This document shows, one piece after another, positions 1 through 8,520 of a DNA stretch of 64,000 nt. Source of the stretch: Candidatus Bathyarchaeia archaeon (GTDB lineage: Archaea; Thermoproteota; Bathyarchaeia; 40CM-2-53-6); assembly GCA_050013255.1 (NCBI GenBank), contig JBEKFP010000003.1:128001-192000 (forward strand), written 5' to 3'. Every line of letters starts with the position of its first letter. Position 1 is the stretch's first letter. The position numbers were made by a program, and so were the translations under genes. The notes under the pieces are model-generated. The model saw only the letters and a program-made list of their open reading frames with translations, was not told the origin of the DNA and searched no databases.

Positions 1-386
1 TTGGCCTCCAAGAATGCGGTGTTTGCAAGCACTTCTGATGCGTCTGCAAGTCTTTTGCCTTTATCTACGGCCTTTTCGACCTTAGTTGGAGGATCTGTTG
101 AACTTACTTTTTTCTTTGCAAAGCTCAAGTTTCCGGCTTCGTCAACCTGCACCACCCGAGCACGAAAGCCGCCCCCGATGCCCGAAAAGATGCTAACCAT
201 GCCCCTGCCGTTTTTGTGGTAGTAGACGCCCGCGGCCAAAGGCCTTCCAGCCCTTATGCTTTCAGTAGCATTCTTGTAAAAAAAAGTTCTTTGGCTCCAT
301 TTAGTGCCTTCTGCAAAGGCTTCATCACTAGTTACTTTAGTAGCAAGTACTTTTGATTCTGTCCTTTCTCTTGCGGATGCGCTCAT
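1..386 (-). CDS. Hypothetical protein, runs off the window edge
   Basis: ATG at 386 preceded by GGTGA; open frame MSASARERTESKVLATKV...LANTAFLEA to position 2. Absent from the ORF track because its stop lies outside the window. Confidence 0.6.
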   Translation of the reverse strand, partial: MSASARERTESKVLATKVTSDEAFAEGTKWSQRTFFYKNATESIRAGRPLAAGVYYHKNGRGMVSIFSGIGGGFRARVVQVDEAGNLSFAKKKVSSTDPPTKVEKAVDKGKRLADASEVLANTAFLEA

Positions 387-816
387 ATTATCACCTTGAA
401 ATTTCACTGATAATAAGGGTGCTGCCTTTCGATAGTTCACCATGCTCACGATGTCGAATGAACAGATGATTCGATAAGGCATTCAAGCTTCCTCCCGCAC
501 AATATATTGTGCTGAAGTCCCACCCCCACGCCCCACGACGTGCACCTGTTGCGTTAAGGGCTAGAATGCGGCTAGTCGACTTCACGGGCTTCGAAAGAAA
601 CCGACTTTATGCGGAAGGAATACGCCAAAGTCGAAAAACGGTTCTTCGTATGAGTGTTGTCCGTTAATGCTATTTGGGCGTGTGGAGTAGTGATTGCGTT
701 CGACGGGAGAGTGGCCCTTGGTCTGGTTGCAAACGACCTGACGAAGTGGTCTAACCTTCATATGAAAACATGCGGGGGTTGCCAAACCTTCGCTTGTTTA
801 ACTTGGCTAACAATCC

Positions 817-873
817 GTGGAACCCTCATAGAACCCACGATATTGGTGGGTTCGTATCCCACGGGCCCCACCA
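817..873 (+). repeat. att-like tRNA-3'-end repeat S1 (type B)
   Basis: GTGGAACCCTCATAGAACCCACGATATTGGTGGGTTCGTATCCCACGGGCCCCACCA; near-identical to 3121-3177 and 10134-10190; T-arm, acceptor strand and CCA. Confidence 0.9.
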
Positions 874-1057
874 AAAATTTATTAATTTCACGAACCCGCA
901 ACAATCACGGACAATTCCCTGATGGCCTTTTGACTCGTTGCTTAACTTTCGGTTTCACGAAATTAACCGACATCAGTCGAAGAGTTCAGAGAACCGTAAC
1001 CCTAGAAAGTAGTCAGATGACTCAAGAAACCCATATATTCTCAGTGTTGGTGAACTG

Positions 1058-2941
1058 TTGAAAGGGCTTGACTTGCTCAAGTCGCTTTTCATGCTAGTTC
1101 TAATCCTTTTCACATCAAGTGTGGTCTATGTTGCTGGTTCAACCCCGTCTTCGCCGAATCTGACAGTCGCAGAGATATACCCAACATGGAATGAGCAGGC
1201 GTCTACTCCAATCCTTCCGGGTTCGAAGGAGCAATTCCGTATCTACGTTCTGGTGACTAATTCGGGTGGCTACGAACCGCGGAACGCCACCTTGAACCTC
1301 AAGGTCTCATGGCAAGGAGCAAATGCCCAGGGACCAACCGAATATCAAGACAGCGTTGATGTGAAAAGTGGATCTGATGCTTTTGCCTACTTCGGACCGT
1401 TTGTAGCGGATTCGCCCACGAATATGACGGTGCTGGCCACTATTAACCCGAATCGCACCATTCAGGAATCAGATTATTCTGACAACGGCATGAGTGCCAC
1501 GTTCCACGTTGGTAAACTGTTTCCAACGGTCTCCCTTTTATCCGCTGGAACTCTTTGGCACGAAAACGAGACGCCGTCATTTTACTATACCTCTAGCGTT
1601 AGTTCTAGTGGTAACTATGAGAATCGGCTTCACGTCACGATGTCCCGCAACGGAGAAATTGTTGCAGTCCGCTCGGATTCTGGGCACATCAGTCTTTACA
1701 AGAACGGGACATTGATTTACGATCTACAGTCTACAACATTCTCGGATTCTGCTCTTTCGGATTCCGGAAAATACTTCGCCGTGAAGACTGACTCCATCAA
1801 ATTATTCGATGTGGATCAACTTGCTATGGGCAACAAGGCCCCGCTTGCTTCTGTCTCCGGAATGACAAAACTGGGGATGCTATCCTTCTGGAGGGTCGCG
1901 GTATCTGACAATGGCACGTTGGCGATTGCTGGATTCGCGAACTCAATCTTGAGCTTTGGTATCCTCAAAGTAATCGGCGACCCACAAAGATTCCAAGACT
2001 TTGGGACGGGAGTCTCGTGGGGGAAAGTTTTCGACGGAGATTCCCCGCATTTCGGTCCGAACTTTTATTATCTTATAGAAAGCCTAAGCTTTGACGACAC
2101 TGGTCAACTTCTGGTCGGACTAAGTGGATTTTTTGTTGGCAACCCCCATTCGCTGTCAAGACTTTACGGACCTAATCCATGGTTATACCTACTCGATTCT
2201 CTTGGAAATGTTGTATGGACTGGAAACGTTTCATCACGCGTCTCCGAGGATAGTGCAATTTCCTCCGATGGAAAGGCCCTGCTCACAGCCACGGATGACG
2301 GCCGTATCCATTACTTCGATAGATCAACAAACACCAATTTCAGTTTCTTCCTGGGGTTCAACACAGGGCCGAAGGGAAGCATAGGGACGAGCAATTCCCA
2401 GTTTGCGATTTCTCCTACCGGCGACTATCTAGCTGTAGCGGATTCGTCGAGCATCTACATCTTGGACGCAACCGGGGCACCGCTCTTCATGTTCCCCATG
2501 TCAAATGTCACTAGTCTCGCCCTTGGCGGAGGCTATCTCGTGGCTGGAAGATTAGGCGGTGCCGAGGAAATTTCTCTTTGGCAACCTGTTGATCAGGCAA
2601 TCGTTGAAGCTCAATCCCTCATAAACCAGGCACTTGGTGCGGGAGCCAACGTGACCCAAGCCGCGTCCATTCTGGCTTCAGCACAGGAGCAGAGGCGAGA
2701 GGGTGAATGGTACAAAGCATATTCGTATGCTGAAAGCTCGATTATTACTGCCAATCAGGCGTTGGCTTCGAGAACACTTTTCGCTACAGCTACAACAAGC
2801 TCATTAACACTGCCCAGCGGGCCGCCTGCCGAATTGCTCCCGATCGCAGTCATCTTGCCAATTGGAATTGCAGTGGTCATTCTTGTTGCAGTAACCTTGC
2901 TTATTACTGTCAGAAGGAAACGTCGGAAGACCGCCGAATAG
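1058..2941 (+). CDS. Cell-surface protein: signal peptide, CARDB-like Ig domain, WD40/YVTN-like beta-propeller, C-terminal TM anchor
   Basis: PNLTV...INPNRTIQESDYSDN CARDB signature; repeated AISxDG-like blades; hydrophobic C-terminus followed by RRKRRK. Confidence 0.75.
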   Translation: MKGLDLLKSLFMLVLILFTSSVVYVAGSTPSSPNLTVAEIYPTWNEQASTPILPGSKEQFRIYVLVTNSGGYEPRNATLNLKVSWQGANAQGPTEYQDSVDVKSGSDAFAYFGPFVADSPTNMTVLATINPNRTIQESDYSDNGMSATFHVGKLFPTVSLLSAGTLWHENETPSFYYTSSVSSSGNYENRLHVTMSRNGEIVAVRSDSGHISLYKNGTLIYDLQSTTFSDSALSDSGKYFAVKTDSIKLFDVDQLAMGNKAPLASVSGMTKLGMLSFWRVAVSDNGTLAIAGFANSILSFGILKVIGDPQRFQDFGTGVSWGKVFDGDSPHFGPNFYYLIESLSFDDTGQLLVGLSGFFVGNPHSLSRLYGPNPWLYLLDSLGNVVWTGNVSSRVSEDSAISSDGKALLTATDDGRIHYFDRSTNTNFSFFLGFNTGPKGSIGTSNSQFAISPTGDYLAVADSSSIYILDATGAPLFMFPMSNVTSLALGGGYLVAGRLGGAEEISLWQPVDQAIVEAQSLINQALGAGANVTQAASILASAQEQRREGEWYKAYSYAESSIITANQALASRTLFATATTSSLTLPSGPPAELLPIAVILPIGIAVVILVAVTLLITVRRKRRKTAE

Positions 2942-2973
2942 GCGCCTGGATGCCGAGAGGTTATCAGCCGTAA

Positions 2974-3076
2974 AGCGAGAGTCGGGCCGTCAATAACTAC
3001 CGTTCGTGTGCGTTAGAGCTTCGAAAATGGCCATTAGTCCCACAAATCGTGGGTTCAAATCCCTCCGGGCCCACCA
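2974..3076 (+). repeat. att-like repeat S2 (type A) with conserved upstream arm
   Basis: ATTAGTCCCACAAATCGTGGGTTCAAATCCCTCCGGGCCCACCA; ungapped homology to 9251-9352 and 6039-6123. Confidence 0.9.
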
Positions 3077-4086
3077 CCTTTGGCAACTTCAAGACTGCAA
3101 CTGACAATATTGCCGACCTAGTGGAACCCGCATGGAACCCACGATATTGGTGGGCTCGTATCCCACCGGCCCCACCATTTAACGAACCGACCCCACTCAG
3201 TGAACTAGCGGCATTTGCTTTCTATCTGAAGAAGAACGGCTACCGGGATTCCACGATTAGAGGAACCGTGCAGGCTCTAAAGGCGTTAACGCATCACGTT
3301 AACCCCCTAGACCCTGAATTAGTGAAAGGCTACCTAGCTAGAGCAGACTGTTCCATTAATCGAAAAGGGAAGGTTTGCGAGGACCTAGACCGGTTCTATA
3401 AGTACAAAGGTATTCAGTGGGCCAAACCGAATTATCAACGAGTAGATACTCTGCCTTTTGTTCCCACAACCCAAGAAGCAAACGACCTGATAGCCTGCCT
3501 TGGCCCGAAAATGTCCGTGTTCGCTCTTTTGCTGAAAGAAATAGGTTGCCGGTTCAATGAGGGTTTCGGCCTGAGATGGCAAGACATCAACGTAGAAAAT
3601 AGTACCGTAACGATTACTCCGTTGAAGGGGTCCTATGCAAGGCAAATGAAGATAAGCCCCAAACTAATGGGACTACTCAATAGCCTTCACAAGAAATGGC
3701 CAACATACGTTTTCAGAAATCATAAAATTGAATTGTGGAAATCCTCTAAGCGATTTAGAACCGAATACATGTTTCAGAGACGCAGAGCCTCAATCAAGCT
3801 GAATCAGCCCAGACTAAACCTAGTCAGTTTCAAGAGCCTACGACATCACTACGCATGTAGGCTCTATGAATCAACGAAAGATATTCTCTTTGTTCAAAGA
3901 CAGATGGGACATAGAAGCCTGTCAAACACGGTTCGCTATACTCGGATGGTCAATTTCGATGCTGAAGACGATTTCATAGTGAAAGCGGCCAAAAATAAGA
4001 GCGAAGCGGAACCTCTGATAGAAGCGGGATACCAATACGTCGTTACCACGCCGGAAGGTTACATGTTATTCAGTAAGAGGAAATAA
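3049..4086 (+). CDS. int: Tyrosine recombinase/integrase, probably the C-terminal part of an att-split SSV-like integrase
   Basis: GCRFNE (R), TPLKG (K), FKSLRH (KxxR), MGH and TVRY (Y) catalytic motifs. The first 43 codons are att-repeat sequence, so the true start is uncertain. Confidence 0.9.
   Translation: MGSNPSGPTTFGNFKTATDNIADLVEPAWNPRYWWARIPPAPPFNEPTPLSELAAFAFYLKKNGYRDSTIRGTVQALKALTHHVNPLDPELVKGYLARADCSINRKGKVCEDLDRFYKYKGIQWAKPNYQRVDTLPFVPTTQEANDLIACLGPKMSVFALLLKEIGCRFNEGFGLRWQDINVENSTVTITPLKGSYARQMKISPKLMGLLNSLHKKWPTYVFRNHKIELWKSSKRFRTEYMFQRRRASIKLNQPRLNLVSFKSLRHHYACRLYESTKDILFVQRQMGHRSLSNTVRYTRMVNFDAEDDFIVKAAKNKSEAEPLIEAGYQYVVTTPEGYMLFSKRK
3117..3177 (+). repeat. att-like repeat S3 (type B), left copy of the 61-bp direct repeat
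   Basis: 60/61 identical to 10130-10190 (C3155 vs T10168). Confidence 0.95.
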
Positions 4087-4160
4087 CCGAGTTGATAGAG
4101 GCGGGGTTCGACTTCATCTTGCAGAAAGATGGGTTAGCATATTTTAGAAAACGGAAGTAA
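4077..4160 (+). pseudogene. Relic C-terminal tail of a second integrase
   Basis: The -1 frame encodes EEITELIEAGFDFILQKDGLAYFRKRK*, paralleling the integrase tail SEAEPLIEAGYQYVVTTPEGYMLFSKRK*. Confidence 0.8.
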
Positions 4161-4163
4161 GAC

Positions 4164-4225
4164 CTTGATAGCGCCTCTTGATGGCGACTCATCACGACCA
4201 TAATGGCGCTAATAATGCCGATAAT
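4164..4225 (+). repeat. Four imperfect ~13-bp direct repeats downstream of int
   Basis: CTTGATAGCGCCT, CTTGATGGCGACT, CATAATGGCGCTA, AATAATGCCGATA. Confidence 0.5.
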
Positions 4226-4387
4226 CGTATACATAAATTCCCACCCATTTCTACTTACCGATTAACATTGTTTTGGAATTTCTTAGTAGAGACATGGAGT
4301 CTCGCCAGGGGCACAATGGTTGAACCGCCTGTTAGCAGAAAACACTTGTGATGCCATAAGGACTACAAGGACTTTATTCTTGCGAAG

Positions 4388-4852
4388 TTGGGAGAGCTTG
4401 TAGATTACATCGAAGACCGAGATGGTCTCCGAGTCGTTTTGGGCTACTACTACATGACCAGTACCAGCGTAGACGCATTGCGAAGTAGAAGATTGTTTGT
4501 AGGATTCAAGGAACAGTTAAGACAGTTGGGCATTGAGATGGTGATTGTGGAGAAGCGGAATGATAAGTCTGGGAACATTGACCCTCGTCTGATCTCCGAT
4601 GCTTATAGACGCCTGCTTATTGAGAGGAAAGCGCCTTCAAACTTGGTTCTTGTGTGCGGTGATAAGGACTATGAGCCGATGCTCGTCGATTATGAGAAGC
4701 AAGGTCGAAGAGTAGCTGTATGCTTCTATCAACCGGTGGGCGGGGGCGCATCGATAGACCTATTGACCATCAGTGGAGCAGAATTCATCGAATTCACCAA
4801 TCCGAAACAATCTTGGACGCTTCAGAAATGCTCTCTTTTGCCGAGCTTTTGA
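4388..4852 (+). CDS. NYN/LabA (PIN-fold) domain protein, apparently N-terminally truncated
   Basis: K..IDxxL..D and LVLVCGDKDY motifs; first DxxN motif missing, in-frame TGA at 4349. Confidence 0.65.
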   Translation: MGELVDYIEDRDGLRVVLGYYYMTSTSVDALRSRRLFVGFKEQLRQLGIEMVIVEKRNDKSGNIDPRLISDAYRRLLIERKAPSNLVLVCGDKDYEPMLVDYEKQGRRVAVCFYQPVGGGASIDLLTISGAEFIEFTNPKQSWTLQKCSLLPSF

Positions 4853-4936
4853 CCTCCCAAAACATCGCTTTCCTTTACCGAGCAACATGAAGGAAGGCAG
4901 ATAAGTCATAAATAGACAGCGGTAAACCTCCTCAAT

Positions 4937-5734
4937 ATGAAGCACGTTCTGGTTCTTGTTACTGCGTTTCTTTTGCTCATCGTGACCCTACCTTCGATAA
5001 GGGGCCAAGTGAACAATCCGGTAGCTTATCCACTGTTAAACCAAGTTACTGTTGACGGAAAATACACCAGTCCAAGGGAATGGAACGATACGATTGTGTT
5101 CGAGGCGGTGGCGGGATTGGGCGAGACGGTGTACTTCAGCGCAAAGTACGATTCAACTTACCTCTACACCATCTGGGATTTCCCTGAGTGCAAAACATCG
5201 TTCACAGGCAGCGACACAAAGGGTGCAAACCAAGTATTACTCTACTTAAATCCTCTCAACAAGCGTTCAGCCACTGTTGATAATACCATGTACCGCATCG
5301 CTGCTTGGGAGTACGGTGCCCCCGTCGCTCGTGTCTCGGGCTCTCAGGGCTTGACAGGAGGCGGATGGGCAGAATGGGCTCATATAGACGGCCATTTCCT
5401 CGCTGCCTTGCAGTACACCTCTTCGCCACACTCTCAAACTCCCCATTTTGTCCTCGAACTTCGCATCGCATTAACATTCGCTAATCTGAAGTCAGCGACC
5501 ACAAATAGCAGCATCGGAATCGCCTTAGGATGGGTGGACAACTTTGGGAATGGCTTCGAGGTCGATTATCCAAGCGACTATAATTACAAGGATCCGAGTA
5601 CTTGGGGAACTATGTCGTTCTCTCACATGGCAGTACCAGAATTTCCTTTGAGTCCCACAGTGCCGTTCTTGGTCACGATTTTTGTCACAATACTCGCATG
5701 TAAGATAGCAAGGAAGAAACTCGAGGGGCGGTAA
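4937..5734 (+). CDS. Secreted DOMON/CBM9-like protein with PEF-CTERM sorting signal
   Basis: Signal peptide; VTVDG...EW and KYD..YLY motifs; C-terminal VPEF + TM + basic tail. Confidence 0.75.
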   Translation: MKHVLVLVTAFLLLIVTLPSIRGQVNNPVAYPLLNQVTVDGKYTSPREWNDTIVFEAVAGLGETVYFSAKYDSTYLYTIWDFPECKTSFTGSDTKGANQVLLYLNPLNKRSATVDNTMYRIAAWEYGAPVARVSGSQGLTGGGWAEWAHIDGHFLAALQYTSSPHSQTPHFVLELRIALTFANLKSATTNSSIGIALGWVDNFGNGFEVDYPSDYNYKDPSTWGTMSFSHMAVPEFPLSPTVPFLVTIFVTILACKIARKKLEGR

Positions 5735-5987
5735 GAACTCATCTTCGTTCCGCTGATCAATCAGCAACGTTATTTGTGGTCTAACCCCGACACTGTTGGG
5801 CAACCCCAACCGAGTCTGTTTACTGGAAACCAGTACTACATGAAGCTCTTCGACTCGTTTCAAAGTGTGCGTGATATGCTCTATGCCGGAATACTAAACG
5901 CTACTATGAGTATTTATTTCGCTGAAAGAAACAATCAATGAAAGTACACGACACGTGCTAGCCGTATTCAGATACAGCGTTTTGTAG

Positions 5988-6009
5988 CTCAATAATTGAG
6001 GGTTCGTAC
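5988..6009 (+). repeat. Partial, degenerate att-like site (type C-like)
   Basis: CTCAATAATTGAGGGTTCGTAC resembles the CTCAATATTGAGGGTTCGTAT core of S6; its T-arm start lies 102 bp before that of S4. Confidence 0.55.
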
Positions 6010-6038
6010 CGCTTCGAGCTATCTTTCTCGTGTCCTTG

Positions 6039-6123
6039 CATTGATAGCTACCGAAGTTTCTCGTGAATCTAGTTGGAGATGTCATTAGTCCCACGAATCG
6101 TGGGTTCAAATCCCACCGGCCCC
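6039..6123 (+). repeat. att-like repeat S4 (type A)
   Basis: ATTAGTCCCACGAATCGTGGGTTCAAATCCCACCGGCCCC; upstream arm aligns ungapped with S2. Confidence 0.9.
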
Positions 6124-6212
6124 TATTAAGAAGACTTTGTCGTCTGTTCACAGCCATTTTCGCTTGGAAATGTTCCGTCATAATTCATTTAATCGGGTTT
6201 GTAATGGTTCGG

Positions 6213-6587
6213 TCAGAACTGAGATTCGGAAAACATTCTCTCGAAAGAGGCTTGAGGTAAAGGTTTGCCTTTTGACAACAGTAACAACCGCTGTCTGAAC
6301 CTGTCGGTCTTCTTACCAGATATTACCAAGGCTACGAGGGCTATGATAGTCGAGAAGCCGAGAGAGAAGAGAAAAAACCCAACTGTTAATGTTGACCTGG
6401 CATTACTCAGCCAGGAGCTGGTCAAGCCCCCGAGTGAAAATATGAAAACAATCATGATAATATTGATGGCTTTATCAATCGTCAACGTTCGTGATTCTAA
6501 CGCAGCCCGAAGCACGTCCAGTTGCCATTCTGCTTTTCGGGAGGGCACGCCTCTAGTAGAACGCTTCCTCGCTGCCATCTTAACCAA
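6213..6587 (-). CDS. Small 2-TM membrane protein
   Basis: Two hydrophobic stretches. Confidence 0.5.
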   Translation of the reverse strand: MVKMAARKRSTRGVPSRKAEWQLDVLRAALESRTLTIDKAINIIMIVFIFSLGGLTSSWLSNARSTLTVGFFLFSLGFSTIIALVALVISGKKTDRFRQRLLLLSKGKPLPQASFERMFSESQF

Positions 6588-6745
6588 CTGAGAATAGATC
6601 TCTCTCCCTCCTAAATATCATGTAGCATTGAAGTTGCTTTGCTCGCCACCGGAATTCGACATTAGGGTACGTGTGTACGTTTCGTAAATTGGAAAGACTC
6701 ATTTGGGGCCCATTCGTTATTCTACTTGATTCGAGTGACTAAGCG

Positions 6746-7576
6746 TTGGAATCCACGCCAGAATTGGTTCGCAAGTTTGCACCTGAGATATCGTTCAGCA
6801 AGAACGAACCATATTTCCCTTGTCCGATTTTCTTCAGTGGTGCTGACATAGTTAGTAACAGGGAGAAGTACGAACCGCTTACGCCAGACCAGAAAAGGAA
6901 TTTGATCTCTTGCTATTATCACGTTTCTCGTTATGAATCTCATACTGCATACGAGTACTGGTACTACTATGTTTACAACGATTATTCTGGAGGATGGGAC
7001 TTGGGTGCTCCAGACATACACGACCACGATATGGAATTTGCGATAGTGTACGTCGATAATGCATCGGGCACTGTATACGCTCTAGCATTAAACCAGCACC
7101 ATTGGCGAAATTGGGTTTGGATGTCAAATGATTTGAAAGTGTTTGCCGAAGAAGGAGGGCACGGTTTATTCCGAAAAAGGACTCTACTTGACTCTTGGAA
7201 ACCTGGTGGCCTCACAATCAAGGTAGACCCAAAGGAATCGGTTGAATCACTCCGCAACAAATTCATTGATCCCGAACCTGCGAATCTCATGGAAAATGAC
7301 GGGACAATAAAGGGCCAAACAGCGATTTTTCTGGGAGCGTGGGCTAAACCAAAGGTTCCGTGGGTTCGACAAGAGTATGTCTTTCCTATTTCGCAACTTC
7401 TAGCAGACGCTGATAAAGACAAGGCACGCATGCTTTCCGCAGCTCCTCGTGCTATGATGTACCCAAGAGAGATTACGCTTAGTATTCCCTACAACAAACC
7501 TACACGAAAAGAGAACTTGGATGAAGCACTTCGGCTCCAACTGATTTCGGATCATCAATACAAAGCCATGCTATGA
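6746..7576 (+). CDS. Vps62-like domain protein
   Basis: FAP.I.F..NE.YFP, YWYYY.YN and HDHDME (cf. HxGDWE) motifs. Confidence 0.55.
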   Translation: MESTPELVRKFAPEISFSKNEPYFPCPIFFSGADIVSNREKYEPLTPDQKRNLISCYYHVSRYESHTAYEYWYYYVYNDYSGGWDLGAPDIHDHDMEFAIVYVDNASGTVYALALNQHHWRNWVWMSNDLKVFAEEGGHGLFRKRTLLDSWKPGGLTIKVDPKESVESLRNKFIDPEPANLMENDGTIKGQTAIFLGAWAKPKVPWVRQEYVFPISQLLADADKDKARMLSAAPRAMMYPREITLSIPYNKPTRKENLDEALRLQLISDHQYKAML

Positions 7577-8398
7577 CAGCTTACACTTGGGACAAAGCCA
7601 TGTCACACCTTGGGGTCTCTCAGGGTGATTCTTATTGTCGAGTTTGCCTTCCGGCCCCCGGAAGTCATGGTATAATTCACATTCCTTTCTGAAAGCATCC
7701 TCAGGAGACTTTGAGTATTCGAACTTAAACCGATCATATCTGCCTATGTACTCCTTCAAGCGAGCCTTCACATCGACATCAGTGCGACTCATAAATTGAA
7801 CATAGAAAGTCTTGCCCTTCTTGAGCCCGAGAACATATACTCCAGCCGAAACATTAGAAACTTCCTTGTCAATCGTGCCTTCATCAAGCGGAAACGAACC
7901 CCTCAAACCAGTACTCCGGCGTCGCTCCTCAGTTAAGAAAGACAGGTCGTCTTGACTTTCTCGTGAATCCCTTCTTACGAGAGCTAGGATCCCGGCAACT
8001 AGCAGCAAGAGACCCCCAACATAGAAACCTGAAGCAACTATGACGCCGATGATTCCGCATATCACTAGACAGATGCCCCAGTTTCTGGGCTTGCTCTTAA
8101 CAAGGACTGCTGCAACAAGTCCAATGATAGAAATCAGAGCGGAAACTGCGGCCTGCGCATAGAGAGTCGTTGGGTTTCCGGAGAAAGCCTCCATGAAACC
8201 TCCGAGGAAGACCAATACAGGTACGAATAGAAGCCCCAGCACTCCACCAATCAAACCGAGAATAAGTTCAGGCATCCGACTAATGGGGGGTTTAGATGCA
8301 GCTTGTGATGACTTCGCATTCCACATGTCTGCTCCACATTTCGGACAGAATCTCATCCCAACTGCAGTTGATTCGCCACAATTCGGACAAAAGGGCAT
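7571..8398 (-). CDS. Zinc-ribbon + 4-TM (DUF4064-like) + GIY-YIG-like domain protein
   Basis: FCPNCG...FCPKCG; four TM segments; GVYVLG..FYV, R, E and DN motifs and terminal CPKC. Confidence 0.65.
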   Translation of the reverse strand: MPFCPNCGESTAVGMRFCPKCGADMWNAKSSQAASKPPISRMPELILGLIGGVLGLLFVPVLVFLGGFMEAFSGNPTTLYAQAAVSALISIIGLVAAVLVKSKPRNWGICLVICGIIGVIVASGFYVGGLLLLVAGILALVRRDSRESQDDLSFLTEERRRSTGLRGSFPLDEGTIDKEVSNVSAGVYVLGLKKGKTFYVQFMSRTDVDVKARLKEYIGRYDRFKFEYSKSPEDAFRKECELYHDFRGPEGKLDNKNHPERPQGVTWLCPKCKLS

Positions 8399-8520
8399 TG
8401 GCTGAACCTCGCATCTAACCCTCTAAGCCTTCGTATTTCAAACTATGCAAGACGGCCATTTCCTTACCGCATGCGAAATCTTAAGATGCGGATTGATAGA
8501 CACGCAATACTCGGTAAGAC

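Noticed and set aside
746-756. GTGGTCTAACC at 746 and 5776 as further degenerate sites
   Set aside because: An 11-bp match only, too short and too diverged from the core to support.
654-1061. ORFs 654-1061, 5894-6181, 6063-6260, 9277-9783 and 9326-9598
   Set aside because: They read through att repeats or are antisense to better ORFs, and show no family motifs.
2984-3076. Intron-containing tRNA from GGGCCG (2984) to CCA
   Set aside because: The acceptor pairing needs a gap and there is no D-loop GG. The apparent G/A-C/T covariation with S5 is a single position.
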